A stretch of 64,000 nt of DNA from Rhizodiscina lignyota. Taxonomy: Eukaryota. Each line of letters opens with the position of its first letter. Position 1 is the stretch's first letter. Where the stretch lies: contig ML978124.1 in assembly GCA_010015805.1 (NCBI GenBank), forward strand, positions 1,798,001 to 1,862,000, written 5' to 3'. The translations under genes were made by a program, and so were the position numbers. Positions 11,369 to 24,028 of this stretch are shown piece by piece. The notes under the pieces were generated by a model, which saw only the letters and a list, made by a program, of their open reading frames with translations, made no database searches and was not told the DNA's origin.

Positions 11369-13763
11369 TCAAACGTCTCCACCAGCCTCAACACCGTCCG
11401 GCGCACCGAAGTTCATGTTGTCGAAGGTGAACGCGCCGCTCGTGTCGTCCGTGTGGAGGAACGAGTCGAAATCGAAGTTCTCGAGTACGTCGCCAGAGTC
11501 GAAGTTTGCGAGATCTAAGTTGCCGAAGGTCTGTGATAGATTAGCCAAGCCTTTCGCAAGGGAATAGGTAGAATATCTTACATCTCCACCGATATCTCCG
11601 AATGGCGCTGTGGAATTCGGATCCAGACCGCCAGCAGGTGGTGCTGGTTGCGCCGGAGCGGCTGCAGGCTGTTGCACACCTGGGACGGCAGCGCCAGGTA
11701 TGCCGGGAGCGCCGTTCTTCTGGGGCCCGAAACTTGATGGGTGCATCGGAGTAATCGGAGTCGAAGGAGTCGGAGTGGGAGGCTCTGCTTCCGAAGCGGG
11801 TGTGGCACCTGTGTTGCCTTGATTCTTGGCCTTGTTTGCAGCCTTCTGCATCGGCTGTTAGCTCTCCGAATTTCACACATGCAGCGAAAGAATAGGTCAG
11901 GCTTACCTTAGGTGGCTGCTTATCCTTCTTCGCACCCTTGTTCGGAATGTTCTTGTTGCCTTGATTGGGCGTCGGTGGCGCCGCATTCTGCTGACTTGGG
12001 CTCGACGGATTCGTCCTGCCTTGTTCACCACCAGTTGGTGGTGCTGGAGGAGGACCCATATTGGTCGGTTGGCGTGGTGTGCCAATCGGCGGCTGCTGGC
12101 CAGGCTGCTGGCCTTGTTGTCCTGGTTGCTGTGCGTTCTGCATGACACCACCCTGCGGGAACATCTGTCCGTTCTGCATTGCCCGTCGCTGGAATTCGTT
12201 CATCTGTTGAGCGTTGATAGGCATTCCTGGCGCTCTGGGATGAGAGCTGGGTGCAGGTGGCTGCATTCCCGGAACGCCCATCGGATAGAATTGATTGATA
12301 CCCTGCGGATTCATGTTTGGATCGAAGTTCGGTGTAGGTGAACCGCGATTTCCTTGTAGGTTCGGATCGGCAGGCGAGTTAGGATTCGGCAGGTTACCTG
12401 GGCCCATCTTGGGCGTACCCCGTTTAGCCATCTCGGCAGGGTTAGGTGACGGACCGCCGGCTCTACTTCCAGATGGCGACATGGTGGGCGCGAACTGTTG
12501 AGGAGGAATACCTGGGCCGGATCCTGCTGGGTGACTCATGCTGTCTTGCTCTTGCCTGGCCATTAACAGTCGCTTTTTGTTTTGTTGCTCCAGAAGCATG
12601 AGTTGCATCTGATAATCTTGCAAGGCGTGATTGCCTCCGTCAGGGTTGCCTTGGGTCGCCATTGGCGAGGCTTGGCCACCTTGTTGAATTGCCTGCAACA
12701 CATCAGCTGCTGGATCAGAGGGCGCTTCACTGAAACTTCGTACCTCAAACTGCTGTTTCTGGTCTAGCAACTGTGGTGGTAGGCCGTTCTGCAGCATCAA
12801 CGGAGGTCCATTGGGTCCCTGCATGCTACCCGGCTGGCCTGGCATACCCTGGCCGCGGCCAGCGGGACCCATTTGACCATTAAAGTTCCCCTCCATACGC
12901 TGCCTCTTAGGCGATGGTGCATTGTTGTCGCCGCTACCGGGAGACTGTGACCGCTGTTCGCCCATGTTCATACTACCATCACGCTGCATGTTGTTCATCT
13001 TGGCTTGTTGCATCATTCGGTTCTGTATCATTTGTTGCTGAGGATTCCTATATGCTTGTTAGCAGCCGAGTCCTTCGCCTCTCGAGGAGCACTGGACACC
13101 TACATTTGACCTCTGCCCATCATGACCTTTGCCATTTCAGTCGGCATCCCGTTCTGTGTCTGCTGCGCACGATTGAACATCATTTGTTGCACCCTCGGAT
13201 CAGTGCCGGCTTGCAGCATTCGGTTCTGTTGATCTTGGCGCATTCGCTGCTGGTTCTGAGACACTCGTGAGTTTCATGGTCAAACAATTTGTGCTGGCAT
13301 GGTCGCATACCTGATTTGTCTGAATGTACTGATTCATAACCTGTCCGCCCTTTTGGCGCTGGCCATCATACAGATCCCAGAATTGACTCCACCAATCCAT
13401 CAGGAAACATCCATCGTTCGGGCCAAATTTTGAGTCGGGGAGGTCTGCGGGCTTCTTGAAGTCTTTGCTGTCTGTGTCCATGGCATCACCGACGCCGTTG
13501 ACGTCTCTCCCGCTAGGACTCGGTTTCCCGTCCGCGAACGACAACGGCATGTTGTCACTGGTCTTGGCGGCCTTATGCATGGCTCGAGCGACATCCCATT
13601 GCTCCTGGCGGATAAAGTAGTCGTATATGTAGGTATTGAGCATGTCGAGTCGGACACGGTTCTGATTAATGGCGCCACGCGCCATGGCATTCGCGGCCTG
13701 CGCACCGCCGCCAACGGGTCCACCTGCGCCAGCCATCCCGGCCATATTCATCTGTTGGTTCAT
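11369..13763 (-). CDS. SOM1: Som1/SomA (Flo8-like) LisH/LUFS transcriptional regulator of the cAMP-PKA pathway; multi-exon
   Basis: LNTYIYDYF (LisH/LUFS), FLMDWWSQFWDLY, ALQDYQMQLMLLEQQNKKRLLMARQEQD, a Q/P/G-rich body and C-terminal DVLENFDFDSFLH. Start ATG is 13763 (the track start at 13772 is TTG). Confidence 0.92.
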
Positions 13764-14902
13764 GTTGTCCAAGTGTGTTCACGGAGCCAGATCTGCAAAG
13801 TGTGGAGGTAGGATGGGGTGGGACGCCTCGTCACGTCAATGGCTGATCGACCGAGTCGGCGCAACAAGAGATCGCGAGCGGGCGACTGTGGAGTGTGCGA
13901 GAGGTGCGAAAGTCGGATAAGATGGCGCGGGAGAATTATCAGCGCAATGGAGAGGAGCCAAATTCGTCTCAACAAGTTGTGCGAGCAGCGGTGCCGGGAG
14001 GTGAGGCGAAAGCTTTCCCTGATCGACCGAGCTGCTGCAGGTGCAGGTAGCAGTCGCCGTAAATTCGGCGGCTTCGGCAGCGGCCAGCTATGCAGTATCG
14101 ACGCGGTCCGAAGTTGACTGGAGGAGGTTCGGTGGTGTGATGGCGGATGGCGGGATGGGATGAAGTGAAGGGTATCAGGAGGGCGATGGCGAGGACGAGA
14201 AAACCTTCGCCCAATCGCTGCGCCCGGAGGAGGGGTTGGAGCAGGCGTGTGTGAGACTGAGCTCCCACGGCCGCGCTGGGGACGATGGAGCAGAGCACGC
14301 TCGCCGAGCTCGAGGCAAGAAGGGCGCGAAAAAGGCGTGAGGGTTGTCGCTCGCCGAAAAGGTGCAGCGCGCCGATTACTATGCGTGGTGGATGTGGGTG
14401 CAGTTGGGCGTCGCTGCCGGAAAGCTCTGATGGCTGGAGTCGGGCCTTGGCAATCACGTGCGCGTCTAGGTTGCATCCGTTCGCACACCACACCACTTCA
14501 CTGACACGACCGGCCAGGCACAGCGCTGAGTCCACTCGCTTCACTCAGCAGTCCACGTCAATTGTCAGCACTGCTGTTGCCGGTAGGGAGTGTTAAATGG
14601 CGCATATAATGACCCTTATCTCCTGGTGCGGCCAGACGCGCCCGCAGCGAATAGACGCGGCCCATCCGCACTGGAAAGGGGGCACTGCTCACATAATGAG
14701 CGGAGAGGGGCGGAAAGTTGCCCCAACTGGTGTCATCGTCACTTTGTTTTTGGCGCAGAGTCTATCTCCTCGCAAAGCACGCCCCAAACTCCCTCGCTAT
14801 GCAATAATAGATAGAAGTCCTATGCCTCGTCTCTTTGGCATCTCAAACGCTCCGGGCCTGAGTGGCTGGAGCAGGCCGTCACGAGATGGTTCAGCACGTC
14901 AT

Positions 14903-15837
14903 TCATTCATCGTCTGGCGGCATCTCGTCCTCGATATATCGAATTAACGATACTCGAAGCTCCGTCGAGTCATTGCCTCTTAGCACATCGCTCGTGAAGT
15001 GCGCTTCGACCTGCATCGATACCTGTAGACAAAATCACGTTAGCGTCGTTGCATGTGGACGGTGCCGCTCCTCCAAGCAATCTTACCATTTCTAAAGCCC
15101 CTCGCAATACGCCGCAGAGTATATTCGAATACCACAGCTCATCCTGGGCCCGACCATCGTCCGGTAATTCCACAAAGTCCGCCAGCGGGTTCTCTTCGAA
15201 TATCAACGAAAACTGCTTCCCATCGCTCGTCCAGTTTGTGATTGTCGGCGTGATATTGAGGAAGATCTTGAAGCCAACCTGCTCTTACCAATTAGCTCTT
15301 GAACCATTGTGTGCAACTACGCCAGCCCAGCGGGTGATCCAAGCTGTGTCTCCATCAGGGTACAGCGTCCACTGACGTGCAACCGTGTATCCCCGCATAG
15401 ACAGCCGAAGGCGCGTACCTTTGCGATCATCTCTCCCGTCTCTCTGAAGTCCTTGCAGCTGCTCACGCTGCTCTTGGCCAGAAAGTCCTCAATGAGCCTC
15501 ATTCCGATATTGTAGCCCATCTTGTCCAACTGCCTGTTCACCTCGGTATAGTCGTAGTCGTAGTCTTTGCACAGCTGCGCGACCATAGTACCGTAGGTGA
15601 GGGTGACAAGCTCAGCGTTTACTTTATCGATGCGCGTCCTGGGGTTTGAGAGTCAGATGGAGGGCAATATATCGACGGTGCTGAGATAGCGACTCATGTG
15701 GTTTGGGATCCTAGAAAGCTGATATATAAATCGATGACTTACTTCCACACTCTGTAACCTGTTAGCACGGCTCTCAATATCAAGTCGCATGCAGGCACTT
15801 ACTCTTCGCCCAACCGGGCTGCTTTCGTTGATGCCAT
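14903..15837 (-). CDS. BET3: TRAPP complex subunit Bet3; 5 exons including a 9-nt micro-exon
   Basis: [111 protein letters not shown]. Confidence 0.95.
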
Positions 15838-16137
15838 GTTTTTTCGGCAGCCTCCTGCTCACCAGAGAGCTGGTGGACACAGGAAATATTTGATAGTATC
15901 GCCCTATATGTCTAGGAGCAGTACCATGTTCGAGTTGTCGCGTGTAGTCGAAATTACAGATACTTGGGCTGCAGCACAGCTTAGCTTCCATGCGGCATGG
16001 CTGCCAAGCCATGACAGAACTGCATACCCATGCAGCTTTTCTCCGCCAAAATTCTTCGACCAGCCCACGATCTTCACGCTCACGATCCCAACCTCGACTC
16101 ACGCGTCAAGACAGCTACGATCAAGCGACACCCCACA

Positions 16138-17555
16138 ATGTCTGCAGAGAAGCGACCAGCAGCCGATTCGTTTGGCACGAACCAACTCGTCAAGCGCCAG
16201 AAGAGCGATGCGAATATCAACAGCAACAGTGTCGCCGTAGTCAATGGGAGCGCGCAAAATGGAGCGCTCATACAATCGGTACGTGGCCTTCTTCAATATG
16301 CAAAGAGACTTGGGGAGCGTGAGGACGCTAAATAAATCTGGGATAAGGCGTTGCAGTAGCAATTGAGATGGACTGGTGCGGCTGATAATGGTGGGCGATA
16401 CAGGTACACAGGACCAGCGGCCTGCAGGCTCCTATCATGGAATTGGCCGGTGAGATTCTACATACTGGCGCTGTGGCAAGGCAGATATACTGAGAAAATT
16501 GGTACAGGACACCAAGGCGAAGTTTTCGCGGTGCGCTTCGACTCCTCCGGACAACACATAGCTTCTGGCTCCATGGACCGCTCGATCCTTCTCTGGCGCA
16601 CATACGGCCAATGCGAGAACTACGGCGAGTTGACTGGCCACAAGCAAGCAATTCTGGACTTGCAATGGTCACGCGACACGCGTGTGCTCTTCAGCGCGTC
16701 GGCGGACATGACGATGGCGAGTTGGGACTTGGAGACGGGCCAAAGGATACGAAGGCACATAGGACACGAAGAGGTGATCAACTCCATGGCGGTGAGCAAG
16801 AGAGGTGTGGAGTTCATGATAACCGGCAGTGATGATGGTTTCATCGGGGTACGTTAATTTACGTGGCACTTCTCGTCAACTTCAATCCAGTTTGAAACGG
16901 TTTGGGAACAGTATAACTGACACGTTTCATTGGCAACAGATCTGGGATCCGCGGCAGAAAGAAGCGGTGGATTTCATCGAAACGTCCTTCCCAGTCACGG
17001 CAGTGGCAGTCTCGGAAAATGGCAACGAGATGTACTCTGGTGCAATCGACAATGACATCAAAGTGTGGGATTTGCGGAAGAAGTCGGTCGCTTACAGTCT
17101 CATCGGACACAACGACACCGTCACCTCGCTCGACGTCTCTCCTGACTCGCAGTACCTTCTCTCCAACTCACACGATTCGACTGTTCGCACTTGGGACATT
17201 CGGCCTTTCGCGCCAACTGATAGGAGTGTGCGAACATACGATGGCGCGCCAACAGGGATCGAGAAGAATCTGCTAAAGGCGAGTTGGGATCCTTCTGGAA
17301 AGAGGATCGTGGCTGGAAGTGGTGATAGGAGCGTTGTGATTTGGGAGACGAGCACGGGAAAGTTGCTCTACAAGCTTCCGGGCCACAAAGGTGCGGTGAA
17401 CGACGTCCGGTTCTCGCCATCAGGAGAGCCGATCGGTAAGTTTTCCACTCCGCTTCCAGATGCTTGTCAGGGTGGGATGCTAATATCACGTCTCTGATAT
17501 AGTTGTTTCGGGGAGCTCTGATAGGACGATTATGCTCGGCGAACTGGGGAAGTGA
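16138..17555 (+). CDS. U5 snRNP 40-kDa WD40 protein (SNRNP40/Spf38/Cwf17-like); 5 exons
   Basis: RTSGLQAPIMELAGHQGEVFAVRFD..SGSMDRSILLW..GHKQAILDLQWS..VRTWDIRPFAP..EKNLLKASWD..LLYKLPGHKGAVNDVRF..SGSSDRTIMLGELGK*. Divergent from BET3 across ~300 bp. Confidence 0.9.
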
Positions 17556-18997
17556 AGGAACAGCAGTCTCAAAATCAAGCTCATTTGAGCCGCATGCGGA
17601 AGTCAACGGCGAACTTAGCTCAGACGTTATAGTTTCGCCCGGGCCACTGGGTTCAAATCGGCCACACTTCGGACTCTGCGGATAAGATGAAGCCGTTGTT
17701 GTCGCAGAGAGTGGTGGACAGGGCCCGCCGGAAAGGACAGCGTATGAGACGCCGCATTGATAAACGGTGCTGCAGCAATCCTTCCTGTTGGGCGGTCATA
17801 CCAAACAAATCTCTGGATATTGAGATTGTCGTGCGCGGGTTTGATCGCGTCGAGGGGTGGGAGATTGGACGAAATTAATATGTAGCTCAGCAATTGAGAC
17901 GAAAGTGCCGTGCAACGCCCGAAGTGCGCAACGTTCTCGATCACACACTGACCATCCACTGCGCCAGCACCGCGCAAGATGCAACTGACAAGGCTGTCTG
18001 CGGGAGCGCAGGGCAGGCCATTTCCCAATTGTTGTTGTTCGTGCAGCAAAATAAATGCTCTGTTGGCCGGCTCGCGGCGCTCATTGGCCGTGCGCTTTTT
18101 TGAGACAAGTCTGAAACAGCGTCTGGCTCTCGCTTCACCTCCCACCGCGCCCGCGCTTGACCTCCTTCAGAGCAGCAGCAATCAATTCGAGCAGGCCGTC
18201 CAACTCAATGCGCAACATGCGGCGTCGAAAGAGAAGAGTAAGGCTGTTTCCATCCACCTGTCGCCAGTCCTGGCCGCGGAAGCGCATGCTGCAGACGCAC
18301 CTCCCTGCCGCACATCTGTGACTTGGCCCTGTACACCATTCCATCTCTCTCCTTTCCTTGGATTGTTTTCCTTTTGCCTTCTTAGTTGCACTTTCTATTT
18401 CATTGGCACTCTGGTCTTCTGCTCTCATCGCTTTCCGTGTCTTGTGTCGTACCAGCGAGAGTAATTTCGTTGGTCGACCTCCCTTCTCCTCTCTGTGTAA
18501 CCTCATAACCCTCCACCTGGACCCTGGTAATTGTAAGATAGTCAGATTGAGAAGGAAAGGGCCCCTTTGATCAAATCAGTCTCGTTCCTGCAGAACGCTC
18601 GTTCATGAGCCAGCCAGTCGTTTCTTTTGTTCCACCATCAGGACGTTCACGAAAGCTCCCACGCAAGGGATCCACAGAGCCATCACCACGTCGTACAACA
18701 GTTGAGGATACTCGTATGCCTATCAATCCCACCAGCTTCTGGAGACAAAGACGGCACGGCTGCATGGCAGCCTTGTGAGAACCAACTTCATTGGACACGT
18801 TCCTGCTTTCACCTTTCCCAATCGATCCGACAACAAAAGCCCCACCACGGCCGACAACACGACCTGCAGCACGCGTTCATATACAACGCGGACTTCCTTC
18901 TCCTGGCAATCTTGGACGCGTTGAGCTCTCGTCCATCCGCTAGCTTACAAGGCCAACTCTGCGCTCTCTCCGTAAGAGCAGTGCAAGCAGCGGCACC

Positions 18998-20437
18998 ATG
19001 TCTCTTCCAACAGCTCAGCCATCACCAGACGAACCTCCTCGCTCGAGGCTGTCCGCAATGCAATCTAATGTGCGCGCTTTTCTGCGAAATCCAGTCGCCA
19101 GCTCGGTGTATTCGCGATCACCGATTGCCTCTGCGGGGCCGACACCTATGGTTCCGCAAATGCCTCAACTGGCATTCCTGAGACGACAGAGCACACCCAC
19201 GGACGAGGAACATGAAGCAGTCCTGCATCCGACGATTTCAGCAGAGACACGGAGAAGTTCAATGTCTTCTCAGTCGCGCAGCCCAGTAAACAATGGGCGC
19301 ATCGACTACTCACCTGTGAACCGCATCTCACTCTGGCATGAGCAGGAACAGCCGGTCACAGTTGCTCTTGGAGTTCCGGATCGGCACGACTCGCCAAGGT
19401 TACCAAGGCATTATGGTGACGAAGAGGAAGAGACAGTGATGGGACGACATCCTGCGGACGTGCCACTGGATCCGGAAACGGAAGAGCTGGCGAACATGAT
19501 GCGCCGGAAGAGGAGAAAGAGGACGAGATGTAGAAGATGCAAGCGAGGCGCATGGTATAAGAAAAAGCATGGGAGGGAGAGTCTTTGGAGAGGAAGCAAG
19601 ACGAGGGGGAAGTGCTTCTGCGCTCTCATCAGCGGCATCTTCCTTGTCATATTACTAGCGATCTGTGAGTTGCTCCACCTGGACGCGGTGACGGAATCGC
19701 ACTTGAAACTCGTAAGAGGGAAACGCTGACGAAGAATGTCAAACAGACCTCTCACTTGCCCTCACCCAGTCAAACCTCGGTTCGGAACTTCATGTCCTCT
19801 TCATCCTCGCCATTATCGCAACCACCATCTTCTTCGCTCATTCCCTAATCCGGCTTTTCATGATCGCAATGAGGGGACCTGACGCTAATCGGCCCCGGCA
19901 CCACAATCGCATCCCGAGCATGGTTGGCCCTGAAGGCTTCCAGCCGGACGAACCGATTCGAGTTCACGTTGTAGGAGACGATGATATTGTTGAGATTGAA
20001 GCGAGAGACGAGGAAGAAGACGCAGGCCACGTGGAAGGTGACAGAGACGCAGAGGATGGGAAAATGAAGGTGCCGCCACCAGCATACGGACTTTGGAGGA
20101 GTAGTGTAGTACGTCTATGGTCTCACTGTCCGGATCAAGCAATCTGCTAACTTATGAGCAGCGCATACAACCCAACCTCCTCCACTGGGCACGCGTGAAT
20201 AATAATGTCCCGTCTGTCCCGTCTGTCCCATCTTCATCGAGTTCCTCAATGGCACCAAGCGTACGAAACAGTCCTGAGATGTCGCAACGAGAAAACACGA
20301 GGGAAGGGCCGCGGCCACCGAGCTATGCCAGTGACGATGGCGTCGACTACGTCGTGAGCGCACAGCCACGCAGCACAGTGTTCATGCCGAATATGCGACC
20401 GCCGAGCCAGCTGCATCCAGCGTTGAGAGATATGTGA
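18998..20437 (+). CDS. Hypothetical two-TM membrane protein with PPxY motifs; 3 exons
   Basis: Introns 19665-19746 and 20109-20161. Hydrophobic segments ISGIFLVILLAIYLSLAL and LHVLFILAIIATTIFFAHSL are followed by GPEGFQPDEPIRVH, KVPPPAYGLWRSSVRIQPNLLHW and RPPSYASDDGVDYV. Confidence 0.8.
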
Positions 20438-21027
20438 CCTCTCCAAGAGTAATGACTTGATACGCAAATGTTTTGTGTCTTAACATAGTTGGCGGAGACA
20501 TGAGCGCAATACCCAGTGGTTGTTGGGTAGTTGCTGAACATTTTTGAAAAAGGAGCTGTCTCCATGTGATCTTCAAAACATATTTTCTTCATCTGCATTA
20601 GCGATATAATGGCGTTCAATATCCATCGATTTCTGTTGTATATTTCTCATCACTACAAGAAGCTGGCATTCAGCAGTATTCATACTGCGTACTGCACCTT
20701 ATTTATTCTCGCGCCGAGCGTATGAGAAACCTTCATCGCCATCCACCATCATACCACCGCTACTCCACTAAGGTTCTTCAGACAGCGTTGATACTTGCAT
20801 AGCTAGGTGCAACCGAAGCCGCCGAACTTACAGCGACTACCCCTTTGCTCCTGGAGCAGCTTCGTTGATCTGGGAATACTTTCACCTCGCCTTACTTCCT
20901 AGCATCGCCGTTCACACAAGTGGTTGAGACCTCTTCAATATTAGGACTCTGAGCAAGATAAATGAGCTAAAATTCAAACGTAAAAGAGAGCATAGAGCTT
21001 GTCGTTGTCAAAAAATACGTCTACGGT

Positions 21028-22683
21028 CTAAGCCGACATTCCCACCACATCTCTCAACTCCTGGAAACCTTCATCCATCACCCCAGCCTTGTCACCGAAC
21101 TTTCTCTGATATCCCCATCTCAATCCAACTTTTGCCCGCGCAAGTCTCCTCGTTCTGAAGCCTTTCTCGTAGATATCCTCGAATTCATTGTCTTCCCCTT
21201 CGTCTTCCACATCGACATCAACTGCCTTCTCCTTGCCTTTACCCTTTCCTTTGGCTTTGGCTTTGGCTTTCTTCTTGCCCGCCTTGGCAGTCTCCTTCTT
21301 CTTCTTCTCTTCCAGATCGTCCTCTTTTCCAATCTCGTCGACGTTAACACCCCACCAGCCTCCCTGTCGATACACCATCAGCGCATCTCCAACCGCGACT
21401 CTCACGAGCGCGCTCTTCCCATACTCCTCTTGCATCTTCTTCTCGTCCATGCCATTGTATGGATCATACTCCGTCGTAAACAGCGGATTCGTCGCCCTCA
21501 TCATGGCATTGTTCATCACCACATACCCCACATCGTCAAACAGCTCGTCCTTCGGGTTGAGCGGGAAATGATACAGGCTGTGCGGATTGATCCGCATGAC
21601 GAGTGACAAATGGCCCGCCTTCACAACGATCTCCCTCAAGCTCACGAGCTGCTCAGCTACGAGCTCTCGGTCTGGATACGCCGGGTCCATGGCGAGAATG
21701 GGACGAAGCAGATACCACAGCCCCTTGGTGACCTCATCAACCCTCTCCCCGAACAGCACAGGAAGCCCGTTCTTCTGATTGCTCCCGTACTCCTCAAACG
21801 GATCATCGCACATCCCCTGCACGAGGTGCGCGCGATCCATCTGCCTCGCGAAGCCGTCGAGATGCCGATTCCCCCACATAGCATCAAGACACTCCCTCTC
21901 CATACCCACGGTTCCTCCAAACACAAGGTCGTGGAAGACGTGCTCCTTCAGCATGCGCCAGACGATGCCCGCAACGAGCATCACCCGCCACTCGGGCGAG
22001 TCGACGAACAGCTCCTTCCAGCCCGCCTCGCCACCCGGTCCGCCGACGGCGACGATGCCCGCGACCTTCACCAGCTCTTCGGACATCGCGCCCTTCAGGC
22101 GAAGCCATTTGTCCTGCTCTACCGCCGCGCGCTCTTTGGCGTCCTCCTCGCCGCCGCCGACATCGAAGCCGAAGTGCGCCTGCACGAACGCCCACAGCGC
22201 CTTCCAGAGGGCGTTGTGGTCGCGGCGCACGTAGCCGTCGTTCATGATGTAGCTTCCGTGCGTGCGCTTGTCGCTCTCGACGACGACGTCGTCTTCGTCG
22301 TCGGACGCGGTGGGCGCGATTTCCTTTCGCCTGTTGCGCCGCTCGCGCCATTCCTTCAGCTTGTCGTCGTCTTCGGGCTGGGCTGCTGCCGGAGCGGGGT
22401 TTGCGGAGCCCGTGTCGATATGTGGAGACGCTGGGGACGCGCTGGGGATGGGTGACGTCCTTTCGCTGTGATGGAAGGAATGCATGCGGTTGGAGGCGGG
22501 CTTAGTTGCTGTCCGAGGGACGTGTGGTGAACCTGCGCTGACATATGGAGAAGCTGCGGATGCGCTGGGAGTGCCTGGGGTCGGTGATTGAATCTTGGTA
22601 TTGCTACCGCTGGGATGGAGGGCGTTCTCGCGCTTGGGGTCGCGCTTGTTTCGGGCAGGCTGTCGCCTTTTCTTTTGAGGCAT
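21028..22683 (-). CDS. Hypothetical protein, single exon
   Basis: Long uninterrupted ORF with strongly GC-ending codons in its middle. Likely start MPQKKRRQ at 22683. Globular-looking core (GGPGGEAGWKELF..LVAGIVWRMLKEHVFHDLVFGG) and K/E-rich tail. Confidence 0.8.
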   Translation of the reverse strand: MPQKKRRQPARNKRDPKRENALHPSGSNTKIQSPTPGTPSASAASPYVSAGSPHVPRTATKPASNRMHSFHHSERTSPIPSASPASPHIDTGSANPAPAAAQPEDDDKLKEWRERRNRRKEIAPTASDDEDDVVVESDKRTHGSYIMNDGYVRRDHNALWKALWAFVQAHFGFDVGGGEEDAKERAAVEQDKWLRLKGAMSEELVKVAGIVAVGGPGGEAGWKELFVDSPEWRVMLVAGIVWRMLKEHVFHDLVFGGTVGMERECLDAMWGNRHLDGFARQMDRAHLVQGMCDDPFEEYGSNQKNGLPVLFGERVDEVTKGLWYLLRPILAMDPAYPDRELVAEQLVSLREIVVKAGHLSLVMRINPHSLYHFPLNPKDELFDDVGYVVMNNAMMRATNPLFTTEYDPYNGMDEKKMQEEYGKSALVRVAVGDALMVYRQGGWWGVNVDEIGKEDDLEEKKKKETAKAGKKKAKAKAKGKGKGKEKAVDVDVEDEGEDNEFEDIYEKGFRTRRLARAKVGLRWGYQRKFGDKAGVMDEGFQELRDVVGMSA

Positions 22684-23474
22684 TATGGTGAGAGATTCTG
22701 GTTGTGAGCTGTAGAATGGACTGTGGACGCCGAGAAATGGCAGGCCTCGTCTCTCCAGAATTTGATTGAAAACTTCAAGAAGGAAATTAGAGAAAGGATA
22801 AGGAAGGGTCAGACGGCTCATTCCCTCTCTTTGAGTCTGAGAGCGCTTGTGGAGTCGTTGTCCATAGTCCGTGTTCGGCCGTCTGTACCCTGGATGGGAC
22901 AAAGCCATCTTTTCGTTTGCGATAGACAAACATATTGTACGATTGCGGAAGAGATGAACAAAGCCATCGTCTTGATTCCGTTGAGAAGAAAGCTATCGGC
23001 AAAATGAAATGAAGTTAAGAGATATTGATTGCCTGATGCAATGGACTGTTCTGAAGAATGATTGTGTAACGACTTTCCTCCCGTCATCTCCTCAAGGCAA
23101 CGATCATGCACTATATCAGGATCACTAAGCCATTCTTAGAGGCTTGACGTGAAGTCTGCTGTCATTATGATGTAAGTTCAGCAGATCTACCTTGAGATTG
23201 CTAGAGCCTGAATATTCTAACGTGCCCGTAAGTTCCTCATGAACGTTGTAGTCCCATGCCCTCGGCGTGTGCCGTAAACACCTCTCGAAACGATAAGAAA
23301 CATTCGGCTGCCATAAGGGTTGACTTGAGACCAAAGAAGATCTACTCTCTGCTCAAGCTCCTCCCGTTGATGGGATAATCCGGAGGAAGCGTTGGGTTTA
23401 AGAGGCGGTCGGTGATGCTGGGCTTCGACCGAGTGCAGATGGAGCTAACTCGATATGGCTGACCTTAGGGCGGT

Positions 23475-23751
23475 GTGGTGGTAAGGTACTCCGGCCAACA
23501 TCAGATGGCTCTGAACGTGGTGAGTAGATGGAACACAAGTATCGCAGGTACTCTTGTAGCCATTCCACCACGGCTAAGTTTGGCTTTCTGTATCGTGTGG
23601 TCTGCCATTGCGGTTAGGACGTATCACGCCGATGCCAATACAAGTGTGCAGACAGGATTTACGATTGCTAGTTACTGCTGGAGCCATTCTCGTTGCATTG
23701 GCCGCTTTTCTGGACACGCAGAGTGCAAAGATCAATGTCGGCCGGCCATGA
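23475..23751 (+). pseudogene. Frameshifted 3' remnant of a fungal membrane-anchored hypothetical gene
   Basis: MALNVVSRWNTSIAGTLVAIPPRLSLAFCIVWSAIAV..SVQTGFTIASY continues only in a shifted frame as AGAILVALAAFLDT. In-frame stops lie just upstream of 23475. Confidence 0.55.
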
Positions 23752-24028
23752 AATGTATCCTGTCCAGCGCTCGTGGGATGAGCATAGAAATCAGTGACCT
23801 CAAGGATGATGAGATGAGACTCGGGGAAGTTTGACGATGAGAGTGTTCCTGAATAGGCGAACACAAAGTGCAACCAGAATCATTCATTGAATTCGTTGCC
23901 TGCTGTCCGAAACTTCCACGCTTATTCAAGTCCGACAAGCTTCTATCTCTACGATCTATTTGATGCAGCCCATTCCGGACGCGTCATCTTGAGTAGACGA
24001 TCTCGCCCCATCACCGTAACTCACTCCT

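Noticed and set aside
13760..14600. Overlapping 100-240 aa ORFs upstream of SOM1
   Set aside because: GC-rich promoter/5'-UTR sequence. The translations are R/P/S-rich and motif-free.
16279..16403. Spliceosomal twin intron in intron 1 of the WD40 gene
   Set aside because: An internal AG exists, but the reconstituted donor is poor and two-step splicing would break the frame. A single intron explains the protein.
21610..22455. 281-aa plus-strand ORF and similar antisense ORFs (36759..37427, 62666..63439)
   Set aside because: Shadow ORFs opposite genes with strongly biased codon usage.
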